IMG/VR virus record: IMGVR_UViG_3300027782_003601 | Location: 64,001 to 128,000 of that record | Strand: one strand, 5' to 3' | Length of the DNA: 64,000 bases | Source of the DNA: a virus | Shown: in pieces, positions 10,369-21,432 of the stretch | Position numbering within the stretch: the stretch's first letter is position 1 | Layout of the letters: each line of letters begins with the position of its first letter | Notes under the pieces: model-generated | Told to the model about the DNA's origin: nothing | The model's database searches: none | The model's input: the letters and a program-made list of their open reading frames with translations, nothing else | Position numbers and translations under genes: made by a program

Positions 10369-13300
10369 ATGGCATTAACTGACGAGCAAAAATTAGAGGC
10401 GGATAAAATTGGAATGACATACGAATTGTATGAGGCATTGAGCAATATAACAATTGACCCAAAGGCTCTTTCAGGTTTGAATGAAACTCTTGCTCAATTA
10501 AACTCACCTGCTGGGCAAGCTCAACTGCAAGCTGATATTGCAAAAAATATTGGACCTATAAATCCACTTACAATGTTGGGCTCTGATACAATTGGACCAA
10601 TCTATCAACCATTAACTTTTACGGATTCTGCTGGTAATGCTGTTGTAGTAAATGAAAGAAACCCAACAAATGTACCACAAACATTAAAAGCTCTTCAAGA
10701 TTTAGAAATTACAAAAGTTGCAGATATTCCTTTACCAAATCCACCTGCTACTCAAACGAGAATAGAAAAACAAGAAATAGTTACACCAAATCCAAATTCT
10801 CAATATGAAATTTCTTTTGGTAGTAATTTTAAAAATGAGTTAGGAGGTAACGTATCTTTATCTTATCAAATTGTATTAAATGATTACATACATGATAGTG
10901 GTGTTTTATTTTTAGATGGAACTAAAAGTTCTATTAAAAAACAATTATCAAAAGATATTTTACAAAATGGTAAAGTTTTATTAAAAATAGAAGGAAATCT
11001 TCCTGATGGGTTTACATTCAATGGAATTTATGAAGGTAATTCATCTCAAATAAAAAACGAAGGTAAAGATTTATCTGCATTAAATAAAGTAAATGGTACT
11101 GTATTTTCCGTATCTGCAAACAAATTATTTAGTAGTTTTGTTGTTATTGCAAATTTTCAAAAAGAAATTAAATATGCAGAACCAAAAATTAGTTTACCAA
11201 ACGGTAATAAATTTAATGTTTTTGTAAAAGATTCTGATTTAGAAAAATCAATTGCAATTCCTTTTAATACGGAACAAGCGGATAAAGTAATTGTATATTT
11301 AGGACCTAATAATACATTAGAAGTACCTGCATCGGATAGACAAGCAATTATTTATTTTCAAAAAGATTTTGCAGAAGTGTATGGTACTAAAAAAATAATA
11401 TTAGTAGCATATAGTAATAATTTTGGTACTGGTGGTAGAACCGAAGTTAATGTAACATTTACATCTATAAACGATTTCCCATCTATTACAGAAACAACAT
11501 TTGCTGAATTAATAGATGTTCCATCTTTTTCAGATTATAATCTATCATATGATGTAAGTTGGAATACATTTGCAGCAACAAGTGTAGATATACATTTAAA
11601 ATTAAAAAATAATTCATTTGTTCCATTATTCGTAAATCAACCTACAAATGGAAAAGTAAACATACATCTTAAAACATTAAGAGAAAAATTTCCTAATTGG
11701 GTAGGTAGTAATACCATAACTTTAAAATTAATACCATACAATAGAGGTGGTGCAGAATCATTAACTGGAAATGATTATGAAATTGTAACAAATTTAATTT
11801 TACCAAAATTAGAAATTAATGAAGAGATTTTTGGTAAAGCAATGTTTGATGCTTTTATTGAAAAGTTACAAATAATTGAACCGGAAAAAGAAAGTAAATA
11901 TCTCACACACCTTGCTAATTTTGGCAATGATGAAGAAATATTAATTTCATCTTGGGAAGAAGATGATTGGACATTATCTAAAAAATCCGTAGATAATTTA
12001 GGTAATGAATTTGTACAGGAAAGTGATAAAGTAGAATCTTTAATTTTAAAATTATATTCACCAATTCCTGCATCGGTAACACCAAACTCAACATTTTGGG
12101 TTACAAAATTACTAACAAATCCATTAGTAGAAACTGTAATACTTACAGAACAAGATAATTTATCTTGCCCACCAATAAAAGGACCTAATTTTTCAATTGA
12201 AGTTGATTATATAAAAGGTAGTGCTACTAATTATGAATCATTGGATGATATAATATTAACAAATACATCATCCGCACAATTAGTTGGTATGTATTTGAGT
12301 TCATCATTGGTTAATACGGATGATTTAAATATTGAATATACAACTGGTTCTACATATGCATGGAATAACTTTGTACATTTTAGTTCTGCAAAAGAAAGAG
12401 TAGATAATTTTGTTTATAAAGTTCAGTTAATTGAAAATTATGAATCATTAATATCAGCATCTTACTATGACCCATCATCTTATGGACACACAAATACAAT
12501 TTCTGCGCAACAAGAAAGAGAAAAACAACAATTAAAAAAAGACCAATTAATAAATGCATTTGATGGATTTGAAAATTTCTTATACACATCATCTTCAATA
12601 AGTTGGCCTTATAGTGGTAGTATTAGATTGTTATCAACAAATTCAAATGTAACAAATTGGTATGAAAATATTATAACATTAGCAGGAGATTTTGATATAG
12701 AAAATCCAAATTGGGTTCAAAACAATATTCCACAATTCATTGTAAATAATACAGATAATGAAAGTATGTTATTATTTTTATCAATGGTTGGACAACATTT
12801 TGATAACATATATTTTTATACAAAATCAATTGAAAAAAGTAGAGGTTTGGGTTACAAATCAAAAAATGGTATTTCTGATAAACTCTTATTTGAAACACTT
12901 AAATCTTTTGATTGGGATGCTAAGAATTTAGGAACAGATTCTAAACTTTGGGATTATGTTTTTGGAAAAGATATAAATGGTGGAGTTACAAATACTAATC
13001 CTGTTAAACAAAGAACATATGAAGTTTGGAGAAGAATTGTAAATAATTTACCATATCTATTAAAACACAAAGGTACACGCAGAGGTGTATATGCTTTATT
13101 AAGTTGTTATGGTATTCCATCATCAAATCTTTCTATTTTAGAATTTGGAGGACCCGAAGTTACGGATACCAATAAGAGTAAATTAGTAATGGATAATATT
13201 ACAACTGCTCTTAAAATGAATAATGGTTCTAGAATTGATTTTGAATGGAAAAATACAGAAAAAAATAGAAGACCAGATACAATTGAATTTTTTGTAAAAC

Positions 13301-15279
13301 CTACAACAAGTGGGTTATATACTTTAATTTCAGGTAGTGGTTGGGATATAAAATTAAGTGGTTCTGCTAATAGTAATAATGGATATGTAATATTTGATTA
13401 TTCAACTACAAATGCAATTAGTTCTTCTATATTACCTATATTTAATGGTTCATTTTTTGGTATATCTGTAAGTAGAGAAGTTAGTGGTAGTTTTCACAAC
13501 TTAGAATTAAATGTTAGACAAGCAGATAAAGAAAGAACTTTATTCCAAAATAACACAACTGCAAGTGTTGCAAGTGGTAGTTCAAATTGGAATAGTGGTT
13601 CTTTTATCACATTAGGTGGTAGTTTTAGTGGTAGTATTGATGAATTCCGTTTATGGTCTACACCATTAAATAAGGAAAGATTTTACGAACACGTTTCTTT
13701 TCCAGAAATGATTAATGGAAACCATATATCAGCATCAACTGATGATTTGTTTTTCCGTTTAGATTTTGAATATCCTAAAAACTTAGCAACATATACTACA
13801 TTACCAAATGTAGATACAAATATTTACTTTAGTGGAAGTTTAAAAAGAAATAATTATGAAAGTGGTAGTTCTGCTTTATTATATTCACAAAATCCTTCTG
13901 CATCATATTCGGCAAGTACATATGGATTTTCAAACATAAATACCTATCCATATAATTTTGAAGCAATAGATAGAACAGTTGTATTAGATATACCAGATTT
14001 TGGTTCATCAAGATATTCAACTAATAAAATACGTTTTGAAGAACAAACATTACTAACAGATTTATCGGTTAATAGTAGAGCTACTAGAAAATCATTTGAC
14101 CAATCTCCAACTGATTCAAATAGAGTTGGTTTATTTTTCTCTCCTACAAAAGAGTTAAATATTGATATTGCTAAATCATTTGGTGGAATTAATTTAGATA
14201 ATTATATTGGTGACCCTTCCGATAAATACAAATCAAATTATAAAGATTTGGATAGTTTAAGAAGTTATTATTTTAAAAGATTTAATAATATAGACATATA
14301 TGCTTATATTAACTTGATTAAGTTATATGAAAAATCTATGTTTGAAGATATTAAAAATATGCTGCCTGCAAGAGCAAAAGCAACAACGGGTCTTTTAATT
14401 GAACCACATTTTTTAGAAAGAAGTAAAATTGCTCAAAAAAAACCAACTGGTGAAAATGAACAATATGAAACTGCAATACATTATGATGAATCTACTTTAA
14501 TAACTTCTGAAAATATTCAAAAAGAAATAATATTAGATGCAAATTCTGAATATTTATTTACTGCAGAAAATAATCAATATGATTCAATAGTTGATGCAAA
14601 TTTAAGTGAAAATTTAAATGTTGATAATTATCAATATGATGTTGAAATTCCAACTTCTAAAACTACTTTAGTAGAAGCTGAATCTTATCAAAAAGATATT
14701 TTAATAGATGCAGGATTAAAAGACCCTACAATACTTACTGAAATTGATATACTTAATAGTAATATTGTAGTTGGTCAAACTGATTATGAAAATATTGGAT
14801 TTGGATTGTATGCTGAAAACGGATATGCAATTAGAACATATTTTGATAAAAATGGAAGAATTGTAAAAGAAAGAGTAAAAGTTGATTTAGTTAAAGAACA
14901 AAAAACAATAAATATTGTTAAATTTAAAACAGTTACAAATGGTGTTGGTGACCCAAGAGATGGTATGATTTTATCATCATCGGTTTACTACGAAACATCT
15001 TTAAATATACAACCATTTTCTGGTTCTAAAGTAATTAACGCAGGAACTGGGAGTATAATTGAAGTAACACCTGTTAGTGGATATTTACCAACTCACTTTA
15101 GAAATGTATCTGATTTGACAAGAGGAATGGAAAATTCTTATTTTAGAGGTTCAAAAAACACGGCAGCAACTACTTTGGATGGAACTCCTCCAATTGAGGT
15201 ATTCTCAACTAACCCTAATACATTAAAAGTAAATAAAGCAGGTAGAAGTGCAAATGAACCAATTTTGGAAGTTGAGTAA
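10369..15279 (+). CDS. large baseplate/tail structural protein (gp7-like segment plus LamG-like domain)
   Basis: LPYLLKHKGTRRG (KGT motif of P2 gpI/gp7-like wedge proteins); TIEFFVKP...FSGSIDEFRLW LamG-like motif. Confidence 0.6.
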   Translation: MALTDEQKLEADKIGMTYELYEALSNITIDPKALSGLNETLAQLNSPAGQAQLQADIAKNIGPINPLTMLGSDTIGPIYQPLTFTDSAGNAVVVNERNPTNVPQTLKALQDLEITKVADIPLPNPPATQTRIEKQEIVTPNPNSQYEISFGSNFKNELGGNVSLSYQIVLNDYIHDSGVLFLDGTKSSIKKQLSKDILQNGKVLLKIEGNLPDGFTFNGIYEGNSSQIKNEGKDLSALNKVNGTVFSVSANKLFSSFVVIANFQKEIKYAEPKISLPNGNKFNVFVKDSDLEKSIAIPFNTEQADKVIVYLGPNNTLEVPASDRQAIIYFQKDFAEVYGTKKIILVAYSNNFGTGGRTEVNVTFTSINDFPSITETTFAELIDVPSFSDYNLSYDVSWNTFAATSVDIHLKLKNNSFVPLFVNQPTNGKVNIHLKTLREKFPNWVGSNTITLKLIPYNRGGAESLTGNDYEIVTNLILPKLEINEEIFGKAMFDAFIEKLQIIEPEKESKYLTHLANFGNDEEILISSWEEDDWTLSKKSVDNLGNEFVQESDKVESLILKLYSPIPASVTPNSTFWVTKLLTNPLVETVILTEQDNLSCPPIKGPNFSIEVDYIKGSATNYESLDDIILTNTSSAQLVGMYLSSSLVNTDDLNIEYTTGSTYAWNNFVHFSSAKERVDNFVYKVQLIENYESLISASYYDPSSYGHTNTISAQQEREKQQLKKDQLINAFDGFENFLYTSSSISWPYSGSIRLLSTNSNVTNWYENIITLAGDFDIENPNWVQNNIPQFIVNNTDNESMLLFLSMVGQHFDNIYFYTKSIEKSRGLGYKSKNGISDKLLFETLKSFDWDAKNLGTDSKLWDYVFGKDINGGVTNTNPVKQRTYEVWRRIVNNLPYLLKHKGTRRGVYALLSCYGIPSSNLSILEFGGPEVTDTNKSKLVMDNITTALKMNNGSRIDFEWKNTEKNRRPDTIEFFVKPTTSGLYTLISGSGWDIKLSGSANSNNGYVIFDYSTTNAISSSILPIFNGSFFGISVSREVSGSFHNLELNVRQADKERTLFQNNTTASVASGSSNWNSGSFITLGGSFSGSIDEFRLWSTPLNKERFYEHVSFPEMINGNHISASTDDLFFRLDFEYPKNLATYTTLPNVDTNIYFSGSLKRNNYESGSSALLYSQNPSASYSASTYGFSNINTYPYNFEAIDRTVVLDIPDFGSSRYSTNKIRFEEQTLLTDLSVNSRATRKSFDQSPTDSNRVGLFFSPTKELNIDIAKSFGGINLDNYIGDPSDKYKSNYKDLDSLRSYYFKRFNNIDIYAYINLIKLYEKSMFEDIKNMLPARAKATTGLLIEPHFLERSKIAQKKPTGENEQYETAIHYDESTLITSENIQKEIILDANSEYLFTAENNQYDSIVDANLSENLNVDNYQYDVEIPTSKTTLVEAESYQKDILIDAGLKDPTILTEIDILNSNIVVGQTDYENIGFGLYAENGYAIRTYFDKNGRIVKERVKVDLVKEQKTINIVKFKTVTNGVGDPRDGMILSSSVYYETSLNIQPFSGSKVINAGTGSIIEVTPVSGYLPTHFRNVSDLTRGMENSYFRGSKNTAATTLDGTPPIEVFSTNPNTLKVNKAGRSANEPILEVE

Positions 15280-15328
15280 TAATTTTTAAAAAAACTATAT
15301 TTATATCAAAAGATAATACATTAATACT

Positions 15329-15952
15329 ATGGGATATTTAAGTAATACCGAATTAACAGTAGATGCAATCCTTACAAAAAAAGGTAGAGAGAAACTGGCA
15401 GCGGGACAGGGTTTAAACATTACTCAATTTGCTTTGGCAGATGATGAGATTGATTATTCATTATATGAACCAGCTCACCCACTTGGTTCAGCTTACTACG
15501 ATGCAGCAATTAAAAATATGCCTGTATTAGAAGCAAATCCTGATGAAACTCAGGTAATGAAATATAAATTAGTAACACTTCCAAAAAATACAACTCGTAT
15601 TCCAGTAGTTGAATTTGGTGTTCCTAACATTTCAGTTAATCAAAAAAGTGGTGAAGTTGCATTATCACCAACAACATCTCCAGCAGGAAATAGAAGTTTA
15701 GGATACACCATTGTATTATCAAACAAAAATGCAGGTGATATTATTGGTGCAGGTGTAACATCGGAAGTTGGTTCAGTACCTATTTTTATTGGTGATGATA
15801 TTTCAGCAACTGCAGCAGTATCTAAAGGATTAACATTCAAATTTATACCGAATCCATCTTTAACATCTACCATTAAAACTACTATTACAGTTTATGGTAA
15901 TGAAACAGGGGGTTCACAAACTATTCCAATTACCGTAACTTACGTTCAATAA
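15329..15952 (+). CDS. virion structural protein (baseplate/tail)
   Basis: VDAILTKKGREKLA...ITQFALADDEIDY resembles tail-collar/baseplate N-termini. Confidence 0.55.
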   Translation: MGYLSNTELTVDAILTKKGREKLAAGQGLNITQFALADDEIDYSLYEPAHPLGSAYYDAAIKNMPVLEANPDETQVMKYKLVTLPKNTTRIPVVEFGVPNISVNQKSGEVALSPTTSPAGNRSLGYTIVLSNKNAGDIIGAGVTSEVGSVPIFIGDDISATAAVSKGLTFKFIPNPSLTSTIKTTITVYGNETGGSQTIPITVTYVQ

Positions 15953-15961
15953 TAAAGAAAA

Positions 15962-17221
15962 ATGGCAATAATTAGAGACAATAGAGGAGCACTTTTAGCA
16001 AGTCAAATATCACAATATTTGGCAGGCGCTGCTAACACCGCAGGAACTCCCGTAGATTCAGGTGAATTAGTTAGAATTGTAAATCAATTTTTAGGAACTG
16101 GTGAACAAATCAGTTCAGATATGACTACTATTACAAATGGTATTTATAAAAAATTTGGAGCAATTGATAAAGTAACTAATAGAACTGAAATCGTAACATC
16201 TGGTATTTGGAGCGGTGATACTGGTTCATTAGTAGTAAATTCAACATATACATCTTCTGCACAAATTGCAAGTGTAAGTGGTAAATATTATATAGATGTT
16301 TATAATGGTTTAACATCATCAACTGCATCGGAAGTTCAATTCTCAATTGCTTATGGTGATGTTGATGGATACGGAGCACCAACATTAAGTCAAAATGATT
16401 CATCTACTTTACCAAGTAAAGCAACTTATAATCAATATCGTAATATTTTATTAGATGCAAATGACCCTTATTTTAGTGTATATTCGGGTTCAACCGCAGG
16501 TGGGTATGATTTGCGTGAGTTTTATGCAATTAATATTAACAGAGCAAGATATAAAGAAAGATTAGACCCAGGTAACATTTCAATTAGATTAGCAGGTGCT
16601 ACAGGTACAGTTACTTTAATTGATGATAGTGGTGGAACTAATGAAACTGTAACTACATCTGGAAGAGTTTATAATATGGTTAGTGGTTCATTGAATATTG
16701 GTTCTGCATTAACTGCATCAATTAACACATATACATCTTCAAATGGACAAGGTTGGGGATTATTTTATCCAGATATGGGTATTATAATATTAAACCCTGA
16801 TGCATTAGCAGGAAAAGTTAATTCAAATTTAGGAGCAGCAAGTGGTTCAATTCCAGGAGTTTATCACAATAATTCAACATCCGCATCTGTAAGAGTTGGT
16901 ACATCTGGTTCACTTGCATTATTACAAGCATTAGCAAGTGGTTCAGACTTTCAAGTTCGTAGAACGGAAAACGTTTCAACTTCTCATTACTTTGTAAGAG
17001 CAAACAATAGAGAATTTAACTTCTCAAACAATCCATCATTTACAACTGGTTCGGTTGGTGAGTTTGTTCAAATGACCTTTGAAAGAGACCCTAAAGTTTA
17101 TATTACAACTGTAGGTTTATACGATGATGCTAATGAACTATTAGCAGTAGCAAAAACTTCTAAACCAATTCAAAAATCATTTGATAAAGAAGTTGCAATT
17201 AAAGTTAAATTGGATTTTTAA
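15962..17221 (+). CDS. virion structural protein
   Basis: C-terminal YITTVGLYDDANELLAVAK..KPI motif shared with 19491-20741. Confidence 0.55.
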   Translation: MAIIRDNRGALLASQISQYLAGAANTAGTPVDSGELVRIVNQFLGTGEQISSDMTTITNGIYKKFGAIDKVTNRTEIVTSGIWSGDTGSLVVNSTYTSSAQIASVSGKYYIDVYNGLTSSTASEVQFSIAYGDVDGYGAPTLSQNDSSTLPSKATYNQYRNILLDANDPYFSVYSGSTAGGYDLREFYAININRARYKERLDPGNISIRLAGATGTVTLIDDSGGTNETVTTSGRVYNMVSGSLNIGSALTASINTYTSSNGQGWGLFYPDMGIIILNPDALAGKVNSNLGAASGSIPGVYHNNSTSASVRVGTSGSLALLQALASGSDFQVRRTENVSTSHYFVRANNREFNFSNNPSFTTGSVGEFVQMTFERDPKVYITTVGLYDDANELLAVAKTSKPIQKSFDKEVAIKVKLDF

Positions 17222-17245
17222 TTAAAAAATAACTTATAGACTACT

Positions 17246-17272
17246 AACCCACCTTTTGGTGGGTTTTTAGTT
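17246..17272 (+). terminator. Rho-independent terminator
   Basis: AACCCACC-TTTT-GGTGGGTT hairpin followed by a T-rich run, after the baseplate operon. Confidence 0.8.
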
Positions 17273-17348
17273 TATACGATATTTATAGTAGTATATGGTT
17301 TTGTATTTTAAAGAATAATCATATTTATAGAAAAGACAAAAAAGATAA

Positions 17349-18740
17349 ATGGCAGCAATATTACAATTAAGAAGAGGTACAACGGCAGCAAAACCAACTC
17401 TATCTGCGGGTGAAATGTATGTAAATACCACATCACAATCTTTACAGGTTGGAATTGATGGTTCAACTGAAATTACATTAGCAAAATTAAATAGTGTAAA
17501 CTCTGGTTCTTTTAATGTAAGTGGAGATATCACATTGGGTGGTACAATTACTATTGGTGATAATGCAATTGATAATGTTGTATTTAATGCAGATATAAGT
17601 TCTTCAATTATCCCAAATAATGATAATACATTTGATTTAGGTAGTACAACTTTTAGATATAGAAATGTAAATGCAACATCTATATCAGGAGCAATTGCTT
17701 CAACTAATGGTGTAATATCTGGTTCTTCTCAATTAACGATATTGAATGCCTATACTGCATCTGCAAATATATGGAGTGGAAGTATTGATACAAAATTTAC
17801 AACATTATTAAGTGTAACTGCATCTTATAATACTGCAACTGCATCTTTAAATACATTTAGTGCAAGTGTTAACGGACATATTGCAGATATTAATACTAAA
17901 ACTGGTTCATTTGAAACTAAAAATACTTCTTTAGCAACAATTAGTGGTTCATTAATTTTAACTGCAAGTTTTTTAGAAGCTAAAAACGTTTCTTTGGCAA
18001 CTACAACGGGTTCATTAATATTAACCTCAAGTTTTTTAGAAAGTAAAAATTTATCATTGGCAACAATTAGTGGTTCATTAATTTCAACTGCAAGTTTTGT
18101 TGAAACTAAAAATTTATCATTAGCAACTACAACCGGTTCATTGATATTAACTGCAAGTTTTGTTGAAACTAAAAATTTAACATTATTAACTACAACCGGT
18201 TCATTAATTTCAACTGCAAGTTTTTTAGAAGGTAAAAATCTTTCTTTAGCAACTATAACGGGTTCATTGATATCTTCGGCATCAATAGATTCTAGTAAAT
18301 TTACATCATTAGCAACATATACATCTTCATTAAATGTTTGGACAAGTTCAGTAGCAACAACAGGTTCTAACACATTTATTGGTAATGAAATTATAACAGG
18401 TTCATTGACAGTAACTGGTAGTGTAAAAGGAAACATAGTTCCAATAACTATAGCATCTCTTACTGCATCATTGGATATGAACTTAGGAAGTTATTTTACT
18501 TTAACTCTCGCAAATACTGTAACTACACATATTAGAGCTACAAATATAACGCCAGGTATGAGTGCAACACTTTTGATTACAACGGGTACAAATTCAACGG
18601 CATCACTATCGCCATTATTATTACAACCATCTGGTAGTTCATATAGTGCATCTATTGGTGTTAGTAAAAAAGATGTACTTTCGTTAGTTTCATTTGATTC
18701 AACAAATATGTATGTAGTATCAACTAAAGCAATGCAATAA
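17349..18740 (+). CDS. tail fibre-like protein with Mtd-N-like N-terminus and tandem 21-aa repeats
   Basis: LQLRRGT...L..GE N-terminus; Ser/Thr-rich body. Confidence 0.65.
   Translation: MAAILQLRRGTTAAKPTLSAGEMYVNTTSQSLQVGIDGSTEITLAKLNSVNSGSFNVSGDITLGGTITIGDNAIDNVVFNADISSSIIPNNDNTFDLGSTTFRYRNVNATSISGAIASTNGVISGSSQLTILNAYTASANIWSGSIDTKFTTLLSVTASYNTATASLNTFSASVNGHIADINTKTGSFETKNTSLATISGSLILTASFLEAKNVSLATTTGSLILTSSFLESKNLSLATISGSLISTASFVETKNLSLATTTGSLILTASFVETKNLTLLTTTGSLISTASFLEGKNLSLATITGSLISSASIDSSKFTSLATYTSSLNVWTSSVATTGSNTFIGNEIITGSLTVTGSVKGNIVPITIASLTASLDMNLGSYFTLTLANTVTTHIRATNITPGMSATLLITTGTNSTASLSPLLLQPSGSSYSASIGVSKKDVLSLVSFDSTNMYVVSTKAMQ
17901..18283 (+). repeat. about six tandem 63-bp (21-aa) coding repeats
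   Basis: Unit SFxExKNLSLATxxGSLIxTA repeated in frame. Confidence 0.85.
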
Positions 18741-18741
18741 T

Positions 18742-19479
18742 ATGATATTTCAAAATTTTGGATTTAATCAAAATTATCCAATTACAAATATTATTTCCCC
18801 AAATTTAGTTTTTGATTTGGATGCAGCAAACTATTCAGCAGTACCTACTAATGGGACTACTATTGCAGGTACAGGTGCATACGCCATATCAACAAGTACT
18901 CCTAACTCTAGAATAACTTGGAATGCATCAAATGGTGGATTATTTAGAAGTAATTTTGGTGGAGATGGCATTGGTGATTATATTATAGGTGGACCTAACT
19001 GGGGTTCTGGTCAATCATATACAGTATTTATGGCATATAGATTAAATACCGCTTCAGTTGGTCCTCCGGGTAATACAACAAACTATGGTAGATTATTAAA
19101 CTCTAATACCGCAACTCCTGATTTTTTAATGGGTGGATATAGTGGTTATCCTCAAGCATTATTTATCAATGGGGTTACTGTCAATCTTACTGGAACTGCA
19201 AGAGATACCAATGTATGGCGTTTAGATTGGGCAGTAATAGATGGTAACGTTAAGAATGCAGATTTATATTCAGCAACATCATCGCAACCAACTACACCTG
19301 TATATACAACTACAAATGCTAGTATAAGCGCATTTAATCAACTTAGATTATTTGCCAAATCAGATGGAAATGAATGTGCACCTGGAGATATTGGATTTGT
19401 TAAAGTTTGGGATGGTAAATTAACTCTTTCGGAAATACAAACTCAATATGCGTTATATAAAACCAGATTTGGGTATTAA
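18742..19479 (+). CDS. LamG/concanavalin-A-like virion protein
   Basis: NLVFDLDAAN start and GDIGFVKVWDGKLTLSEI..Y..KTRFGY end typical of phage LamG-like domains. Confidence 0.65.
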   Translation: MIFQNFGFNQNYPITNIISPNLVFDLDAANYSAVPTNGTTIAGTGAYAISTSTPNSRITWNASNGGLFRSNFGGDGIGDYIIGGPNWGSGQSYTVFMAYRLNTASVGPPGNTTNYGRLLNSNTATPDFLMGGYSGYPQALFINGVTVNLTGTARDTNVWRLDWAVIDGNVKNADLYSATSSQPTTPVYTTTNASISAFNQLRLFAKSDGNECAPGDIGFVKVWDGKLTLSEIQTQYALYKTRFGY

Positions 19480-19490
19480 ATTATTATAAT

Positions 19491-20741
19491 ATGTTAAAGA
19501 GAATACCAAAATCGGATATTAGTATAAGACCTTTTAAGGCATATAAGGAGTGGTCATTTAATCAAACAAGTGCACCAATTGCCGGTATATATGTATATTC
19601 TGCGAGCATTGGTAATGTAGTTAACAATTTCCCAACTGCATCTGTATATAATCCAACAAAAAATGAATGGATTTCATATTATCCTGCATCAATATACGGA
19701 CAATTGAGAGCTCAATTTTATAATGGAGAGGAAGATAATCCATTTTTTAGAAGTGGTGATAAAACAAATGTATATGATACCGATTCTAATACAAAAGAAA
19801 GATATTTAAATAATGATGCAAAAGTAATTTCAATACCACAAATATATACGGGTGAAGGAATTAAAAAAGGTTCGGTAGTATTAACGGATTCAAGTTCAGT
19901 TTACATAGATGATAGTTATGGTAATTTAATAAATTCTACTCCAGATACTGCAACTATTAGTAGATTAGATTTAGAAAATAATATAATAAATTTTACAGAT
20001 TCATTAGGAACAATATATAGTGCATCATTTCAATTAGCTTCTGGTGATTTTGATTTGGGATTGGGAACTATAAATGTAACATATAATGGAAACGATTATG
20101 ATTTAGTTTTACAAAGTATAGATGCAAACGATAATATGGTTGTAACTAATATTCCATTTTTAGGTGGAACAGGTCAATTTGGATTATCTCAAAGATTAGG
20201 TAATATATTTTACACTCAGGGATTAATAGTGTTTAATAGAAGTGCACATTTATTTTTAAAAAATGAATGGAATATATCATTTAAATCAACACAAACTATT
20301 TACGAAAACGAATATCTTTTAATTGTAAATGAAAGTGAATTTAATGTATCTACCAATCCATCTGCAATAATTATTGTAAATGAAGAAACGGGTAGTGTTC
20401 AAAATACGAATGATGTATTTAGTGCAATTCGTAAAAATACAATTACAAAAACAATTACAAATCCAGGTGTTAAATATATTCGTAAAAAATCTGTATTACA
20501 AAACGGAAATACTTTAGATTATAGATATGGTTCAAATGTAAATACTGCAATTAGTGGTGGATTTGAACATTATGATTTAAGTGGTTCTGTAGATTCAACA
20601 GGTTCATTTTTAAATCCATTTATTACAACAATCGGTTTATACGATGATAACTGTGAATTAGTAGCAGTTGCAAAATTACCAAAACCAATAAAATCGGAAC
20701 CAGATATTCCTGTAAATTTTATTGTTCGTTTTGATACATAA
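19491..20741 (+). CDS. virion structural protein (paralogue of 15962-17221)
   Basis: IDDSYGNL, GNIFYTQG, FITTIGLYDDNCELVAVAKLPKPI. Confidence 0.55.
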   Translation: MLKRIPKSDISIRPFKAYKEWSFNQTSAPIAGIYVYSASIGNVVNNFPTASVYNPTKNEWISYYPASIYGQLRAQFYNGEEDNPFFRSGDKTNVYDTDSNTKERYLNNDAKVISIPQIYTGEGIKKGSVVLTDSSSVYIDDSYGNLINSTPDTATISRLDLENNIINFTDSLGTIYSASFQLASGDFDLGLGTINVTYNGNDYDLVLQSIDANDNMVVTNIPFLGGTGQFGLSQRLGNIFYTQGLIVFNRSAHLFLKNEWNISFKSTQTIYENEYLLIVNESEFNVSTNPSAIIIVNEETGSVQNTNDVFSAIRKNTITKTITNPGVKYIRKKSVLQNGNTLDYRYGSNVNTAISGGFEHYDLSGSVDSTGSFLNPFITTIGLYDDNCELVAVAKLPKPIKSEPDIPVNFIVRFDT

Positions 20742-20770
20742 TTGATATTTATATATAAACAATACAAACT

Positions 20771-20977
20771 ATGCCAACAATAGAAGAATTATACAAAGCA
20801 AACCAAGCATCATTAGGAGTTGATAAAATTTCATTTGCAGCAGGTCAGCACGCACAAACACCATACACTACCGATGATTTAAAAAAAGCAGATGAGCAAG
20901 TTTTAACTGCTGCAAAATTCAAAACAGGTAGAGGTGGTGCATTAATTGATAAAAAGTATTCTGATACTTTCAAATAA
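20771..20977 (+). CDS. small hypothetical protein
   Basis: 68 aa ORF preceded by ATATTTATA at 20745. Confidence 0.65.
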   Translation: MPTIEELYKANQASLGVDKISFAAGQHAQTPYTTDDLKKADEQVLTAAKFKTGRGGALIDKKYSDTFK

Positions 20978-20979
20978 TA

Positions 20980-21396
20980 ATGGCTAAAAAAGTTACATCA
21001 AAAAAACCAACCAAAAAAGGTTGGGTAGCAAGAAAGCATGGTTTCAAATCAGGCTTGGAAGAATCAATATCAATTCAAATAGATAGTAAAGGAATTCCCG
21101 TACAATATGAATCCGAAAAGATTCCATACATTGTACCTGCATCAAAACACACATACAATCCAGATTTTAAATTACCAAATGGTATCTTTATAGAAACCAA
21201 AGGTAGATTTGTTCCTGCTGATAGAAAGAAACACCTATTCATAAAAGAACAACATCCTGAATTTGATATTAGGTTTGTATTTACATCATCAAAAAACAAA
21301 ATTTCAAAAAATTCAAAAACATCTTATGCAGATTGGTGTGATAAGAATGGTTTTTTGTATGCGGATAAATTTATTCCAGAAGAATGGTTTAATTAA
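20980..21396 (+). CDS. Holliday junction resolvase, T7 endonuclease I family
   Basis: FKSGLE...YE...Y..PAS.HTYNPDF.LPNGIFIETKGRF...DRKKHL.IKEQHPEFDIRFVF closely follows T7 gp3. Confidence 0.9.
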   Translation: MAKKVTSKKPTKKGWVARKHGFKSGLEESISIQIDSKGIPVQYESEKIPYIVPASKHTYNPDFKLPNGIFIETKGRFVPADRKKHLFIKEQHPEFDIRFVFTSSKNKISKNSKTSYADWCDKNGFLYADKFIPEEWFN

Positions 21397-21428
21397 TTTG
21401 GAAATTTGAAATAATTGTTGTATCTTTG
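21397..21428 (+). promoter_or_regulatory. Bacteroidota-type housekeeping promoter (-33 TTTG / -7 TAnnTTTG)
   Basis: TTTG 21397-21400, 20-nt spacer, TATCTTTG 21421-21428, just before the primase ATG. Confidence 0.7.
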
Positions 21429-21432
21429 TATC

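Noticed and set aside
17901-18283. CRISPR-like array
   Set aside because: Degenerate in-frame coding repeats with no unique spacers and no cas genes
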